A stretch of DNA of 63,745 nt, counting the filler, from Octopus bimaculoides (lineage: Eukaryota): assembly GCF_001194135.2 (NCBI RefSeq). It is 8 parts of 6 records of this genome, joined end to end, with 100 filler letters (N's around TTAATTAATTAA, not from the genome) between each part and the next. Parts side by side here need not be neighbours in the genome. Positions count along the whole stretch, not along the records: positions 46,867 to 54,556 come from NC_069007.1; positions 54,657 to 59,477 come from NC_068988.1; positions 59,578 to 62,441 come from NC_068982.1; positions 62,542 to 63,745 come from NC_069000.1; 4 more parts are not named here. The stretch is one strand, 5' to 3'. Of this stretch, positions 52,784 to 63,745 are shown piece by piece (position 1 is the stretch's first letter; every line of letters begins with the position of its first letter). The notes below the pieces were generated by a model. It saw only the letters and a list, made by a program, of their open reading frames with translations, did not search any database and was not told the origin of the DNA. The translations under genes were made by a program, and so were the position numbers.

Positions 52784-53589
52784 NNNNNNNNNNNNNNNNN
52801 NNNNNNNNNNNNNNNNNNNNNNNNNNNNNNNNNNNNNNNNNNNNNNNNNNNNNNNNNNNNNNNNNNNNNNNNNNNNNNNNNNNNNNNNNNNNNNNNNNNN
52901 NNNNNNNNNNNNNNNNNNNNNNNNNNNNNNNNNNNNNNNNNNNNNNNNNNNNNNNNNNNNNNNNNNNNNNNNNNNNNNNNNNNNNNNNNNNNNNNNNNNN
53001 NNNNNNNNNNNNNNNNNNNNNNNNNNNNNNNNNNNNNNNNNNNNNNNNNNNNNNNNNNNNNNNNNNNNNNNNNNNNNNNNNNNNNNNNNNNNNNNNNNNN
53101 NNNNNNNNNNNNNNNNNNNNNNNNNNNNNNNNNNNNNNNNNNNNNNNNNNNNNNNNNNNNNNNNNNNNNNNNNNNNNNNNNNNNNNNNNNNNNNNNNNNN
53201 NNNNNNNNNNNNNNNNNNNNNNNNNNNNNNNNNNNNNNNNNNNNNNNNNNNNNNNNNNNNNNNNNNNNNNNNNNNNNNNNNNNNNNNNNNNNNNNNNNNN
53301 NNNNNNNNNNNNNNNNNNNNNNNNNNNNNNNNNNNNNNNNNNNNNNNNNNNNNNNNNNNNNNNNNNNNNNNNNNNNNNNNNNNNNNNNNNNNNNNNNNNN
53401 NNNNNNNNNNNNNNNNNNNNNNNNNNNNNNNNNNNNNNNNNNNNNNNNNNNNNNNNNNNNNNNNNNNNNNNNNNNNNNNNNNNNNNNNNNNNNNNNNNNN
53501 NNNNNNNNNNNNNNNNNNNNNNNNNNNNNNNNNNNNNNNNNNNNNNNNNNNNNNNNNNNNNNNNNNNNNNNNNNNNNATGATGATGATG

Positions 53590-53805
53590 TGTGTTTGTGT
53601 GTCTGTGTTTGTCCCCCCCTAGCATTGCTTGACAACCGATGCTGGGGTGTTTATATCCCCGTAATATAGCGGTTCGGCAAAAGAGACCGATAGAATAAGT
53701 ACTAGGCTTACAAAGAATAAGTCCCGGGGTCTATTTGCTCGACTAAAAGGCGGTGTTGCAGCATGGCCGCAGTTGAATGACTGAAACAAGTAAAAGAGTA
53801 AAAGA
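53590..53805 (+). mobile_element. SINE family B 3' half
   Basis: cattgcttgacaaccgatgctggggtg...catggccgcagttgaatgactgaaacaagtaaaagag. Confidence 0.85.
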
Positions 53806-53869
53806 GAGAGTAACCTGGCAGAGTCAGTAAAAAGTCAGAAAATTTGCTTTACAATATTTCTTCCCCTGG

Positions 53870-54030
53870 TCAGGTTATGTGATGAGGACGGTTGCATAAA
53901 GAAGTGCCAATCACTTAAAGTGGATGGAAGTTGTTGAAGACGGAAGGCTGATCTCAAAATGCTGAACCTTACGAAGAAGATGACAAAGGACCGAGATGTG
54001 TAGCGCATTGCTATACTGGGGAAGACCACA
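53870..54030 (+). mobile_element. Small RTE ORF2 C-terminal fragment
   Basis: DEDGCIKKCQSLKVDGS...DLKMLNLTKKMTKDRDV; related to 49690-49825. Confidence 0.6.
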
Positions 54031-54119
54031 ACAGAACTGATATCCTAAACTAAGGTGCCACAAAAAAAGTATTGGTGATGGAGTCACATAAAAAGCACCC
54101 AGTACATTCTTATATCCTC

Positions 54120-54277
54120 ACTACCCACAAGGGGCTACACACAGAGGGGGCCAAAAAAGGACAGACAAACGGATTATGCCGATTATATCGACCCCAGTCC
54201 ATAACTGGTACTTATTTAATCGACCCCGAAAGGATGAAAGGCAAAGACGACCTCGGTTGGAATTTGAACTCAGAACG
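54120..54277 (-). mobile_element. SINE family C, tail variant 1, head missing
   Basis: cccacaaggggctacacacagagggg...gaccccgaaaggatgaaaggcaaagacgacctcgg. Confidence 0.8.
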
Positions 54278-54317
54278 AAGGCATGTAGATGATGACCTGC
54301 AATACTAACTTCAGATT

Positions 54318-54520
54318 CTTTTATTCTTTTACTTGTTTCAGTCATTTGATTGTGGCCATGCTGGAGCACTGCCTTTAGTCGAAGAAATCGACCCCAAGAC
54401 TTATTCTTTGCAAGCCTAGCAATTATTCCATCAGTCTCTTTTGTCAAACTGCTAAGTTTCAGGAACATAAACACACCAACATCAGTTGTCATGCGATGGC
54501 AGGGGACAAATTCACACACA
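54318..54520 (-). mobile_element. SINE family B 3' half
   Basis: cttttacttgtttcagtcatttgattgtggccatgctggagcactgcc... Confidence 0.8.
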
Positions 54521-54821
54521 CACACAAGCATATACATATATATATATATATATATANNNNNNNNNNNNNNNNNNNNNNNNNNNNNNNNNNNNNNNNNNNN
54601 TTAATTAATTAANNNNNNNNNNNNNNNNNNNNNNNNNNNNNNNNNNNNNNNNNNNNGTGTGTGTGTGTGTGTGTGTGTATGTGTGTGTATGTGTGTGTGT
54701 GCGTATGTGTGTGTGTGTGTGTGTGGTTGCGTGTATTTTTTATCTTTTTATCTTATTTTCTGTTTCTACCTATTAGCGTAACTTCCATTTTATTCAACGG
54801 TTTTTTTAAAAGCGCCTCTTG

Positions 54822-54890
54822 CTATTAATATCCGACGAGAATGCATCGTAGCTCTTCGCTCCGACATTCGAAACTTCGAGTACTATAATG
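54822..54890 (+). ncRNA. Hammerhead-like motif, family 3
   Basis: CCGACGA(54832)-GAAUG...CAUUC-GAAA(54870)-CU-UCG-AGU-A^(54882). U4 replaced by C; stem I imperfect; homologous to 28826-28890. Confidence 0.55.
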
Positions 54891-57564
54891 ATAAATTTTA
54901 CTGTTTCTTCTAAATTATAACATATATGAATAATCTTCTATTTATCTAATATCGGTGTCTCGTTCTTTTGTTGTTACTTTATCGTCATTATTATTATTTT
55001 ATGTTTGACCTTTGCTTTACAATTGTACAAGTTGGCTTCAAGTCTCACCCAGAGACCTCAAGAGACAACGAGTTAGAAATTGATGTTGGTGTTATGCTTA
55101 GGGTGTCTTATATTTAGTTTTTTACATAGTGTTGTTCTAGAGAATGTTTAACAAACCATCACAAAATTATGTGTTTGTTTTAAAATTTGAGATTACATAG
55201 AAAGTATTTTGCATAGAATATGAGTAGTTCCCATGAGCACTCTCTTTTGAATTTCTGCCATTTTGGGGTTTCCTGGTATATCATTTGTTTTTGTTTTTTT
55301 GTAGGACGACTTTTCCAAGACTCGCTTTGGGTTAAATGCAAATAAAATAAACGTCTAGAAGAAACTCTTTTAGTCTACTATGACTAACAAAATATGAAAT
55401 GCGCCCAAATATCTATTCGAAAGTATAGGCAGCACATTGGATAACGATGTCTGAATACAGCGAAATACACAATACTTTAACGAAAAAGCCAGAACACGTT
55501 TGATGGAAGCTTTTTTTTTTTAGTTATATCTCGACTGGCCCGGTTTAAACTATAAAGGGCTTAATAAAGCTAGATGAGTAGAGAAGAAAATTTAGCGTCA
55601 CGTTGTAATGTGAACTGTTTTCATGAACTACAATTATATCATAACTACGAACTTATTGATCTGTATCGCACTAAGGCACTGGCCCGATTGTCAATATGTC
55701 AATTCTTCTCGTTCATAATTTACCAAGAATATACAATGATAACAGCAAAAAATGGTCAACTAGATTCTACGTTCCACATTTAATCTAATTCACATTAATA
55801 ATAAGGAAGAAACATATAATATTGACTACAGAGCAAACTAACATGAAGTTTTTACTGAATTAGTAAATACACCGAGAATAGATAATTTAACCTTTTTCAG
55901 ACCATAAAAAGTCCAGTTTGAAAATGCATCAGTACAATTCTCTTGCATGCTTTTTTTTTTAGTATAACTGTATATACTGCTCCGATAAAGCACTACTACT
56001 GGAAGAACGCCCACGTCACCAGATCGCCTGCTTCTCGTTACTTCATAAACACTGAAACACCCTTTCTGATTAAATACCTTACTTAACCAGAATAATCTTT
56101 TAGCCTCAACTAACATTTAGTAACTTGGAAAAGAAGCCTTTTTTTTTACCATCTAGAACATTCTTTTCGCCTCTCAAAATGGTAACAATCAGTAATACTA
56201 GTGAGTACAAAACAAATTCCATTCGGTATTTTCTACAGAATAAAATATGTTTCTACCAGCCTGAATACCGTATTTATACTCTGCGTTATCACGAATATCT
56301 ATTTTCGGTTGACCATGCATTAACAACAAGAAACTATTATAGCACATTGCAATGCAGAACACGAAGCAAAACTAGATTGAAAAACATTAGTTGATAACAT
56401 TACCATCCCGTATAGAATTCCTCAATAAACTAGATTAGCTTTAGAATCTTTATTAATAGCTAAATACAAACAGAAGAATACAACATGCGTAGAATAAAGT
56501 ATGGAAGTAAGTTGGAGTTAACGGTTTCAGAACTTTAAACTCAAGGATAGTGATATTATCAGTTACAACATCATTCGCATGATGCGTTACAGTGTATTTA
56601 TTACACAAACCCGGCAACATCGAGCCACTATCATTACTATATTCAGAAAATTGGGACGAGTAAGAATGCTCTGGAACTGTAATAGACTTAGAGATGCTAT
56701 GCTTCCATACTAAACATGACTGGTTAATAAGGAAGTATAAAAATTAATCAATAAAAAGGAGTCAAACACAATATTGTGTATTAACACAATTATATAACAT
56801 GTGCCATCCATATAAAATGCTTGGAGAAAGGCTCTGCTCTTCAGTGCACTGGCACACACACACAAGTACAATCAGATATACATATATAATATCTACCTAC
56901 TTATTGACCTATCTAACTAATGGTATGTATGTATTTATGTAAACATGAAGTATTCAAGACGAGTTTTGCTGCATTGAATTGAAATCTCCACAACTGATAC
57001 ACAGTCATCGAAAAAAGTATTGGTTTGCAAACAGTTTGTAAGCAAGCATTTGATTACTTCAACTGTATATTCGTTCTTTATAGACATTGCATAGCTTCTC
57101 TCATCTGATAAAACATTTTTAACACTGATGATGAAGCCATCATGTCACCATTCACTAACGTGTATTTGACTAGTAAACATATTGGGTGACTCGGTACGAC
57201 AGCAAATATTTTAAGAACATTCTTTTACAGAAGCAATCCATTTTAGTGAAATAATCGATCTAAATTTGATAATTTTCATTTTTATTAAGCAGTCTATCTG
57301 TCATGAAGAATGATTCTTAGTACGATACTAATGAATTTATTCACTTACGTACTATAAATCTATATTAATATCAATATTTAGCAATCTATCACTCTAAATA
57401 TATATACGTATATACACACAAACACACACGCTCACACTGACAGACACACACATGCACACATACATGCACACACGCACATACATATACACATAAATATAAT
57501 GCAACTCTCACACTGCACACTCTTTGAAAACAAATAAATTTCTGCACAGAAGTCAAAAGAAGAA

Positions 57565-57608
<44 letters not shown>

Positions 57609-58148
57609 NNNNNNNNNNNNNNNNNNNNNNNNNNNNNNNNNNNNNNNNNNNNNNNNNNNNNNNNNNNNNNNNNNNNNNNNNNNNNNNNNNNNNNNNNNNN
57701 NNNNNNNNNNNNNNNNNNNNNNNNNNNNNNNNNNNNNNNNNNNNNNNNNNNNNNNNNNNNNNNNNNNNNNNNNNNNNNNNNNNNNNNNNNNNNNNNNNNN
57801 NNNNNNNNNNNNNNNNNNNNNNNNNNNNNNNNNNNNNNNNNNNNNNNNNNNNNNNNNNNNNNNNNNNNNNNNNNNNNNNNNNNNNNNNNNNNNNNNNNNN
57901 NNNNNNNNNNNNNNNNNNNNNNNNNNNNNNNNNNNNNNNNNNNNNNNNNNNNNNNNNNNNNNNNNNNNNNNNNNNNNNNNNNNNNNNNNNNNNNNNNNNN
58001 NNNNNNNNNNNNNNNNNNNNNNNNNNNNNNNNNNNNNNNNNNNNNNNNNNNNNNNNNNNNNNNNNNNNNNNNNNNNNNNNNNNNNNNNNNNNNNNNNNNN
58101 NNNNNNNNNNNNNNNNNNNNNNNTATATATATATATATATATATATAT

Positions 58149-58825
58149 ATGGGTAGTGGAAGACCCCAAATCAAGTTGTTAATTACTAGCTAAAGGGGCA
58201 AGATGCTAATAAAACCAATGATGCTAAGACAGAGGGAATTGTATCGTGGGGTACTATAGATGACTGATTATGAACAATATTGTTATGTTGTATTAATATA
58301 TACTTTTTAGTTAATTAAGTCTAAGAGAGGTAATTATATTATATCCATAAAAAATATAAATATTTGTGTATATTTGCATGTGTACACATAGATAAATATG
58401 TGTATTTTTTTTACATAGCTTTTATTTTTTCAGATTTTTTTCTGATACTTAGCTTATTATTAATATATAGATAGAATAGTTAATCGCCCCTGTATTCTAT
58501 TAGTAAATACCCGGAGCAATCTTTATAGAAACCACCTAATAAGTAAATAATTCAGCATATGAATGAATATTAAACTAATTCTTTGTAATCTTCTCTTTCT
58601 ATTGCTGAAAATTTGGTATATATACAAATTTTGTCTGTTTGGTTATAAAATAATTTTTGATAATACTAAACTTTATCTTCATACAGCATAACAATATTGT
58701 TTACTATCAATCACCTATTGTACCTCATAATAAAATTTCCTCTGTATTAACATCATTGGTTTTATTAGCGTCTTGCCCCTTTAACTGGTAATTAACATCT
58801 TGATTTGGAGTCTTTCACTACCCAT
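58149..58825. repeat. ~145 bp inverted repeat with ~390 bp spacer
   Basis: 58149-58293 vs reverse complement of 58681-58825 (atgggtagtg.aagac.ccaaatcaag.tgttaattac.ag.taaaggggcaaga.gctaataaaaccaatgatg...aacaatattgttatg). Confidence 0.85.
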
Positions 58826-58829
58826 TGCC

Positions 58830-59100
58830 CTTTATAGACAGTTACTTTATACTACTTCAAAAAAATCTTGACAATATTTATAACCATACTCAACTATGTA
58901 CTGTCAAATCACTCCTGCCCTCCATTCCAAACAGACTTAGTAATTTATTCTTAGATTTGGTAGTTGATAAACAAGACTTTAATTAAAACTTAACCAACAT
59001 CCCTTACAAGTTATGACCCCAACAAATCTCATACTTTTCTTGAAGTCTAGTATATTCTAAGCTACTGCATGGACTTTGTCTATCTTCTTCCTCTATTAGA
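58830..59100 (-). mobile_element. Heavily decayed LINE RT remnant (CR1/L2/Jockey-like)
   Basis: Minus-strand frames give DKVHAV..LDFKK and LFGMEG.SDLT, resembling V.avfLDfkKAFD and GI.G..l; many stops. Confidence 0.35.
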
Positions 59101-59153
59101 GTGTTTAAGTAAAATTATATTAATGTGTCCAAGTGATTTAAAAAATTCTATTT

Positions 59154-59241
59154 ATGCATCTGATAATAGCCCTGCATTTAAATTGATGTATTGATTGCAT
59201 TGTTTAATTAAATGAATCCGCTTGAAACGGTCGTACTGCAT
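59154..59241 (+). ncRNA. Decayed paralogue of the 35.0 kb hammerhead motif
   Basis: AUGCAU-CUGAUAA-UAGC...GCUU-GAAA-CGGUCG-UA^-CUGCAU; G8 replaced by A and the 1.1-2.1 pair broken. Flanks 59146-59270 match the reverse complement of 34930-35070. Confidence 0.6.
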
Positions 59242-59444
59242 CACCTCTGGATATCCCGTTGCTTGTTTTATTTTATTCACCTTTCTCTGAGCTGTACGGA
59301 TGATACCACACTAATTTTGGTGCTTAGGTACCAAACTTAGGTACCAAATTTCAGCTGTATCGCAATGTGTTTATATATACACACACCCGCACATATATAT
59401 CTATATATGTATACATATACGTGTATATGTATACACGTATATAC

Positions 59445-59477
<33 letters not shown>

Positions 59478-60499
59478 NNNNNNNNNNNNNNNNNNNNNNN
59501 NNNNNNNNNNNNNNNNNNNNNTTAATTAATTAANNNNNNNNNNNNNNNNNNNNNNNNNNNNNNNNNNNNNNNNNNNNTAGATTACGATTTTAGAGAAATT
59601 TGTGGGGAAAATTTTTTCTGGGATTTTCTCCATTTTTTTAAAGCCACATCCTTCTAAATGATAGGGTTGCCGGAGGGGGATGAAATAAGTTTTAAAAACT
59701 CTTTTTTTACCCCCCACCTCATCATCTACTCCGGACCTATTTTGGCCAATTTTCTTGCACTTCAAAACCATGGGAAGAGCATGTTCGTTAAAAAAAAATG
59801 ATAAAAATTGTCAATATTTTCAGAGAGAAAACTGAGTGATATAAGGGCGATTGGCTGTTGCTTCTAGCACATCCAAAGACAACATTCCTCATTTCATTAT
59901 CCCTCTCGCATGTATTCATGTCTTTCTATAATTTTCTCCATAAATACATTTATATGCCATAAAAAAGAAAATTTAAGAAATTATAAAGTTTTTGCAAACC
60001 CACTCACTGCTCCCGATTGTTTCTGTTTAGAAACTAAAATATTGGAGGGCCTGAGAAGGCCATTGCTGACATTTATCTACAGTGATTTAAAAAATTACGG
60101 AGATGTACTTGCATAGCAAGTGACTTGATCTGAGATCGTATGCTGAAACATAAACAATTGCAGCGTTTGTAAGAAGATGTTTGTAAGCCAATCAAGAACA
60201 TACAAAAATTGTAAATTTCAGGGCAATACTTACATACAGAGGATCAATGAATGCACTTCTTTGAATAATAGTCAGACTGAAAATCAGTTTCCTCATTTAC
60301 ATTCGAATAGCATGTGGAATCGTGAAGAACGTTTTTACCACAAAATGAGAGAGACAGCAGCAAATAACAATGATAATGATTCTTTCTAATTTTTGGCACA
60401 GTCGAGTAGTTTTGAGGGAAGACGATAATCCAGTTTCATTAACCCCAGTATTTAACTCTGCCAGTTCACCGCCTTATGTAATAACCATAAAGGTACAAG

Positions 60500-60690
60500 A
60501 CCAGCTATTTTTGAGAAGAGGTTAGTCGATGTAGTCAATCAGAGAACTTGACTGATACTGTATTTTATCGACTCTAAAATCACTAGAGACATACTTGACC
60601 TCCGTCTGATTTGAACTAAGAATATACAACAGGGAGAAATTCCGCAAAACATATTTCTACACTCTAAGATTCTGCCAGCTTGACGCCTTT
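60500..60690 (-). mobile_element. Very old SINE family C copy
   Basis: ttatcgactctaaaatc...ttgacctccgtctgatttgaactaag...gattctgccagcttgacgcc. Confidence 0.5.
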
Positions 60691-60706
60691 GTTGTTGTTG
60701 ATAATA

Positions 60707-60779
<73 letters not shown>

Positions 60780-61640
60780 ATTTTAGTTTAATTTATCTTT
60801 TTAATACCTATAGTTTTAACAAATTACAAGTATGTGTGTGGAATGGTCAGTTCATGAAAAAATACCTAACGTAGTTTAGTTCAGACAGACTGCTGGAGAA
60901 AAGAAGACTATTGGCGAATTACGTTCAAGTTAAGCTGTAAAACTATGAAACCTTTCTAATAAGAAGTGTATAACAAATTAAAGTTAAAAAATAAACACGG
61001 ATGAGTGAACATTAAGAGGGCTTGCATGAAACAATTGACGCAACATCATTAATATGCAGTAAAGTGTGTTTGAAATGAAAGTATTGAAGAAATGAAGACA
61101 AGTGGAAGTGACATTAGATGTGCGGAGTCTTTGGAATTAATATAAAATAGAAGGAAAAGCATTTGGAAGCTCATGGTTCTAAGCCACACACTGCAAACTG
61201 GCAAAGTCGTTAGAGCGTCGGATTGATTGTTTTGTGGTAACCATTCAGGCGCTGATGCTGTGTGTTCAAAGCCCGTCACGATGGCGCCCCTACGACTCCA
61301 TGAAGAATTAAGAGCAAAGTAACTGAATGTCAAATGTGTTAAATTTTAGTTCAGGAATATAGACGTCTAGATGCTGCCAAGGCGGAACAAGACTGCTTTC
61401 GGGCAGAACACAATTTTGGGGGAGTTTCCTGGTGGTGGCCGCTGCGTATTTTGGGTACTGCGAGTTAATTTTAGGTGGGAGTGGGAAAGTCATATATGCA
61501 CTAACTTCTCTTTGGCTGCCCGGCTCCAGAGCGAGGTACAAGACGAATCACCGTCTCATAGACTGTGGCAGTAGTTTTCATTAGCCTAGAATATCTGACG
61601 GGCAAGGAATACAGAATGAGAGAGAGAGAGAAGGGAGAGA

Positions 61641-61705
<65 letters not shown>

Positions 61706-61953
61706 GAGAGAGAGAGAGAGTGAAGAGAAATAGAGTGGAGAAAGATAAAGTGGAAAGAGAAAGAGAGTGAGGGCAAGGCGTAGTGGAGGATCTGTCCCTG
61801 GTGCGCTACAGAAAGTTACGTGAAGAATTACAGTGCCAGACATCATGTGACGATATTTCATAATGGTAAATACTGTTAGTATAAGAAGTAAGATGAAAGG
61901 AAGACAAAAATAACTCGTTTGAGTTATTTTTTTCTGCTTATATATCTATATAC

Positions 61954-61984
<31 letters not shown>

Positions 61985-62227
61985 TGTATGTATGTATGTA
62001 TGTATGTATGTATGTATGAATGCATGTATATCTATATGTATATCTGCATGCATGTATATATGTATATCTATCTATCTATCTGTATATAATAAAAGAGTGA
62101 AAAAATGTATAGTAAATGCACAAACGAAAAGTAAAAAACGAATAAGTGCACAGACGAACGGAAAAACGTATAGTGAGTGCACAAACGGACGGAAAACAGT
62201 CACAGAAGGTCTCAAAATATATACTTT

Positions 62228-62441
62228 CTACTAAAGGCAAGAGGCGTGAAATTTCAGAGGAGGGAACTCGTCGGTTACTTAATGTATCAACCCTGAGAGA
62301 ATGGAAGGCAGAGTCGACCTCGGTGGAATTTGAACTCACAACGTAAAGACAGACGAAAAGCTGCTAAGTATTTCTTCCGACGAGCAGTGAGACTGAACCC
62401 GTGACCATGTGGTTGGTAAGCAAGCTGCTTACCACACAGCC
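62228..62441 (-). mobile_element. SINE family C fragment joined to a SINE family B head
   Basis: 62228-62380 gagtcgacctcggtggaatttgaactc; 62381-62441 gcagtgagactgaacccgtgaccatgtggttggtaagcaagctgcttaccacacagcc. Confidence 0.75.
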
Positions 62442-63606
62442 NNNNNNNNNNNNNNNNNNNNNNNNNNNNNNNNNNNNNNNNNNNNTTAATTAATTAANNN
62501 NNNNNNNNNNNNNNNNNNNNNNNNNNNNNNNNNNNNNNNNNTATATATATATATAGTGTGTGTGTGTATGCATAAATTTCAAGACACATGCATTCAAGTA
62601 GACATACATACATACTTGCATTCATACATACATACATACATACATACATACACACATACATACACACATACACACATACATACATACATACCAGGGACAT
62701 ACATATATATATGCATACATATATACATACTTACATACACATATATACACACACATATATACATGCATATATACCATATACATATGTAAATACATATATA
62801 GGTATTGTGCGTGGATATGTTTATATATATATCTGTGTGTGTGTGTGTGTCTGTGTGTGTATCTCACTCTCTCTCTCTATATATATACACACACCCACAC
62901 ACACAGACACACAGACACACACACAGGCACACAGACACACACACATACACAAGAATGCATTTACATGTATGTATAAATACGTGAACTGATGCACAGACAT
63001 ACAGACACACACCCACACTTACACCCAAGCGTAAACATGGTTACGAAAATGCATACATACAAATGCACACGTCTTATACCCGAACACGCAGACGCATATC
63101 CTTCCTTGATACCTTACACACGCACGAACACACACACACACAGACACACACATACATACATACATACATACATACATACAAACATACATACATACATACA
63201 AACACACACACACACACACATACACACATACATACATACACACATACATACATACACACATGCACACGCGCGCGCGCAGACAGGTATCCCACACCAACAG
63301 AATCTATTTTTTTCTCGACTACACCCATATGAGCATACGCACGTACATACATGCATACTCACACATACACACACACACACATACACACAAACACACACAC
63401 ACTCATAAGCGCACACATATCTCGCACCCATTCCCACACAAACTTACCTACCCACAAAACTACCCGCTTCTGTTGTCCCCACATCCGTGTAGTTGCTTTC
63501 CCAACACAAACACACATAAGCGTAAAGAATAACATACACACAACAAACAAACAATACACACGAATACAGCACATTCACTCAAACAGATACACAAGCTATC
63601 ACAATG

Positions 63607-63649
<43 letters not shown>

Positions 63650-63745
63650 GCACACATACAGAGATAGATGCACACAGACACACGATCAGAGACACGCACC
63701 AACACAGACGCATGCACAGACAGAGACGTAGACATACACACACAT

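Noticed and set aside
55980-56090. hAT dimerisation motif (SERVF) on the minus strand
   Set aside because: Five-residue match with a frameshift; too weak without a profile search.

Overview
Eukaryotic, AT-rich, repeat-dominated DNA. The SINE families and microsatellite load suggest a cephalopod such as Octopus; this is inference. About 9 kb (roughly 14%) is N. Seven identical artificial linkers (N44-TTAATTAATTAA-N44) split the window into eight pieces whose true adjacency is unproven. I found no convincing intact host gene, tRNA, rRNA or CRISPR array, and nearly all ORF-track entries are artefacts of microsatellites or gaps. Recognisable content: three main tRNA-derived SINE families (A about 390 bp with target-site duplications, B about 430 bp with an internal microsatellite, C about 220 bp), decayed RTE LINEs, R4/Dong-type LINE pieces next to (TAA)n, Penelope-like RT fragments, a hAT (Charlie/Buster) transposase remnant and Tc1/mariner-pogo MITEs. 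The main unexpected signal is nine type I hammerhead-ribozyme-like motifs in three sequence families (111-196, 312-394, 34959-35047 and 59154-59241; 26383-26698 three times; 28826-28885 and 54822-54890). They have the short, palindromic helix III typical of Penelope-associated hammerheads, and six of the nine lie inside fold-back DNA elements. All folds were made by eye and no activity has been shown.
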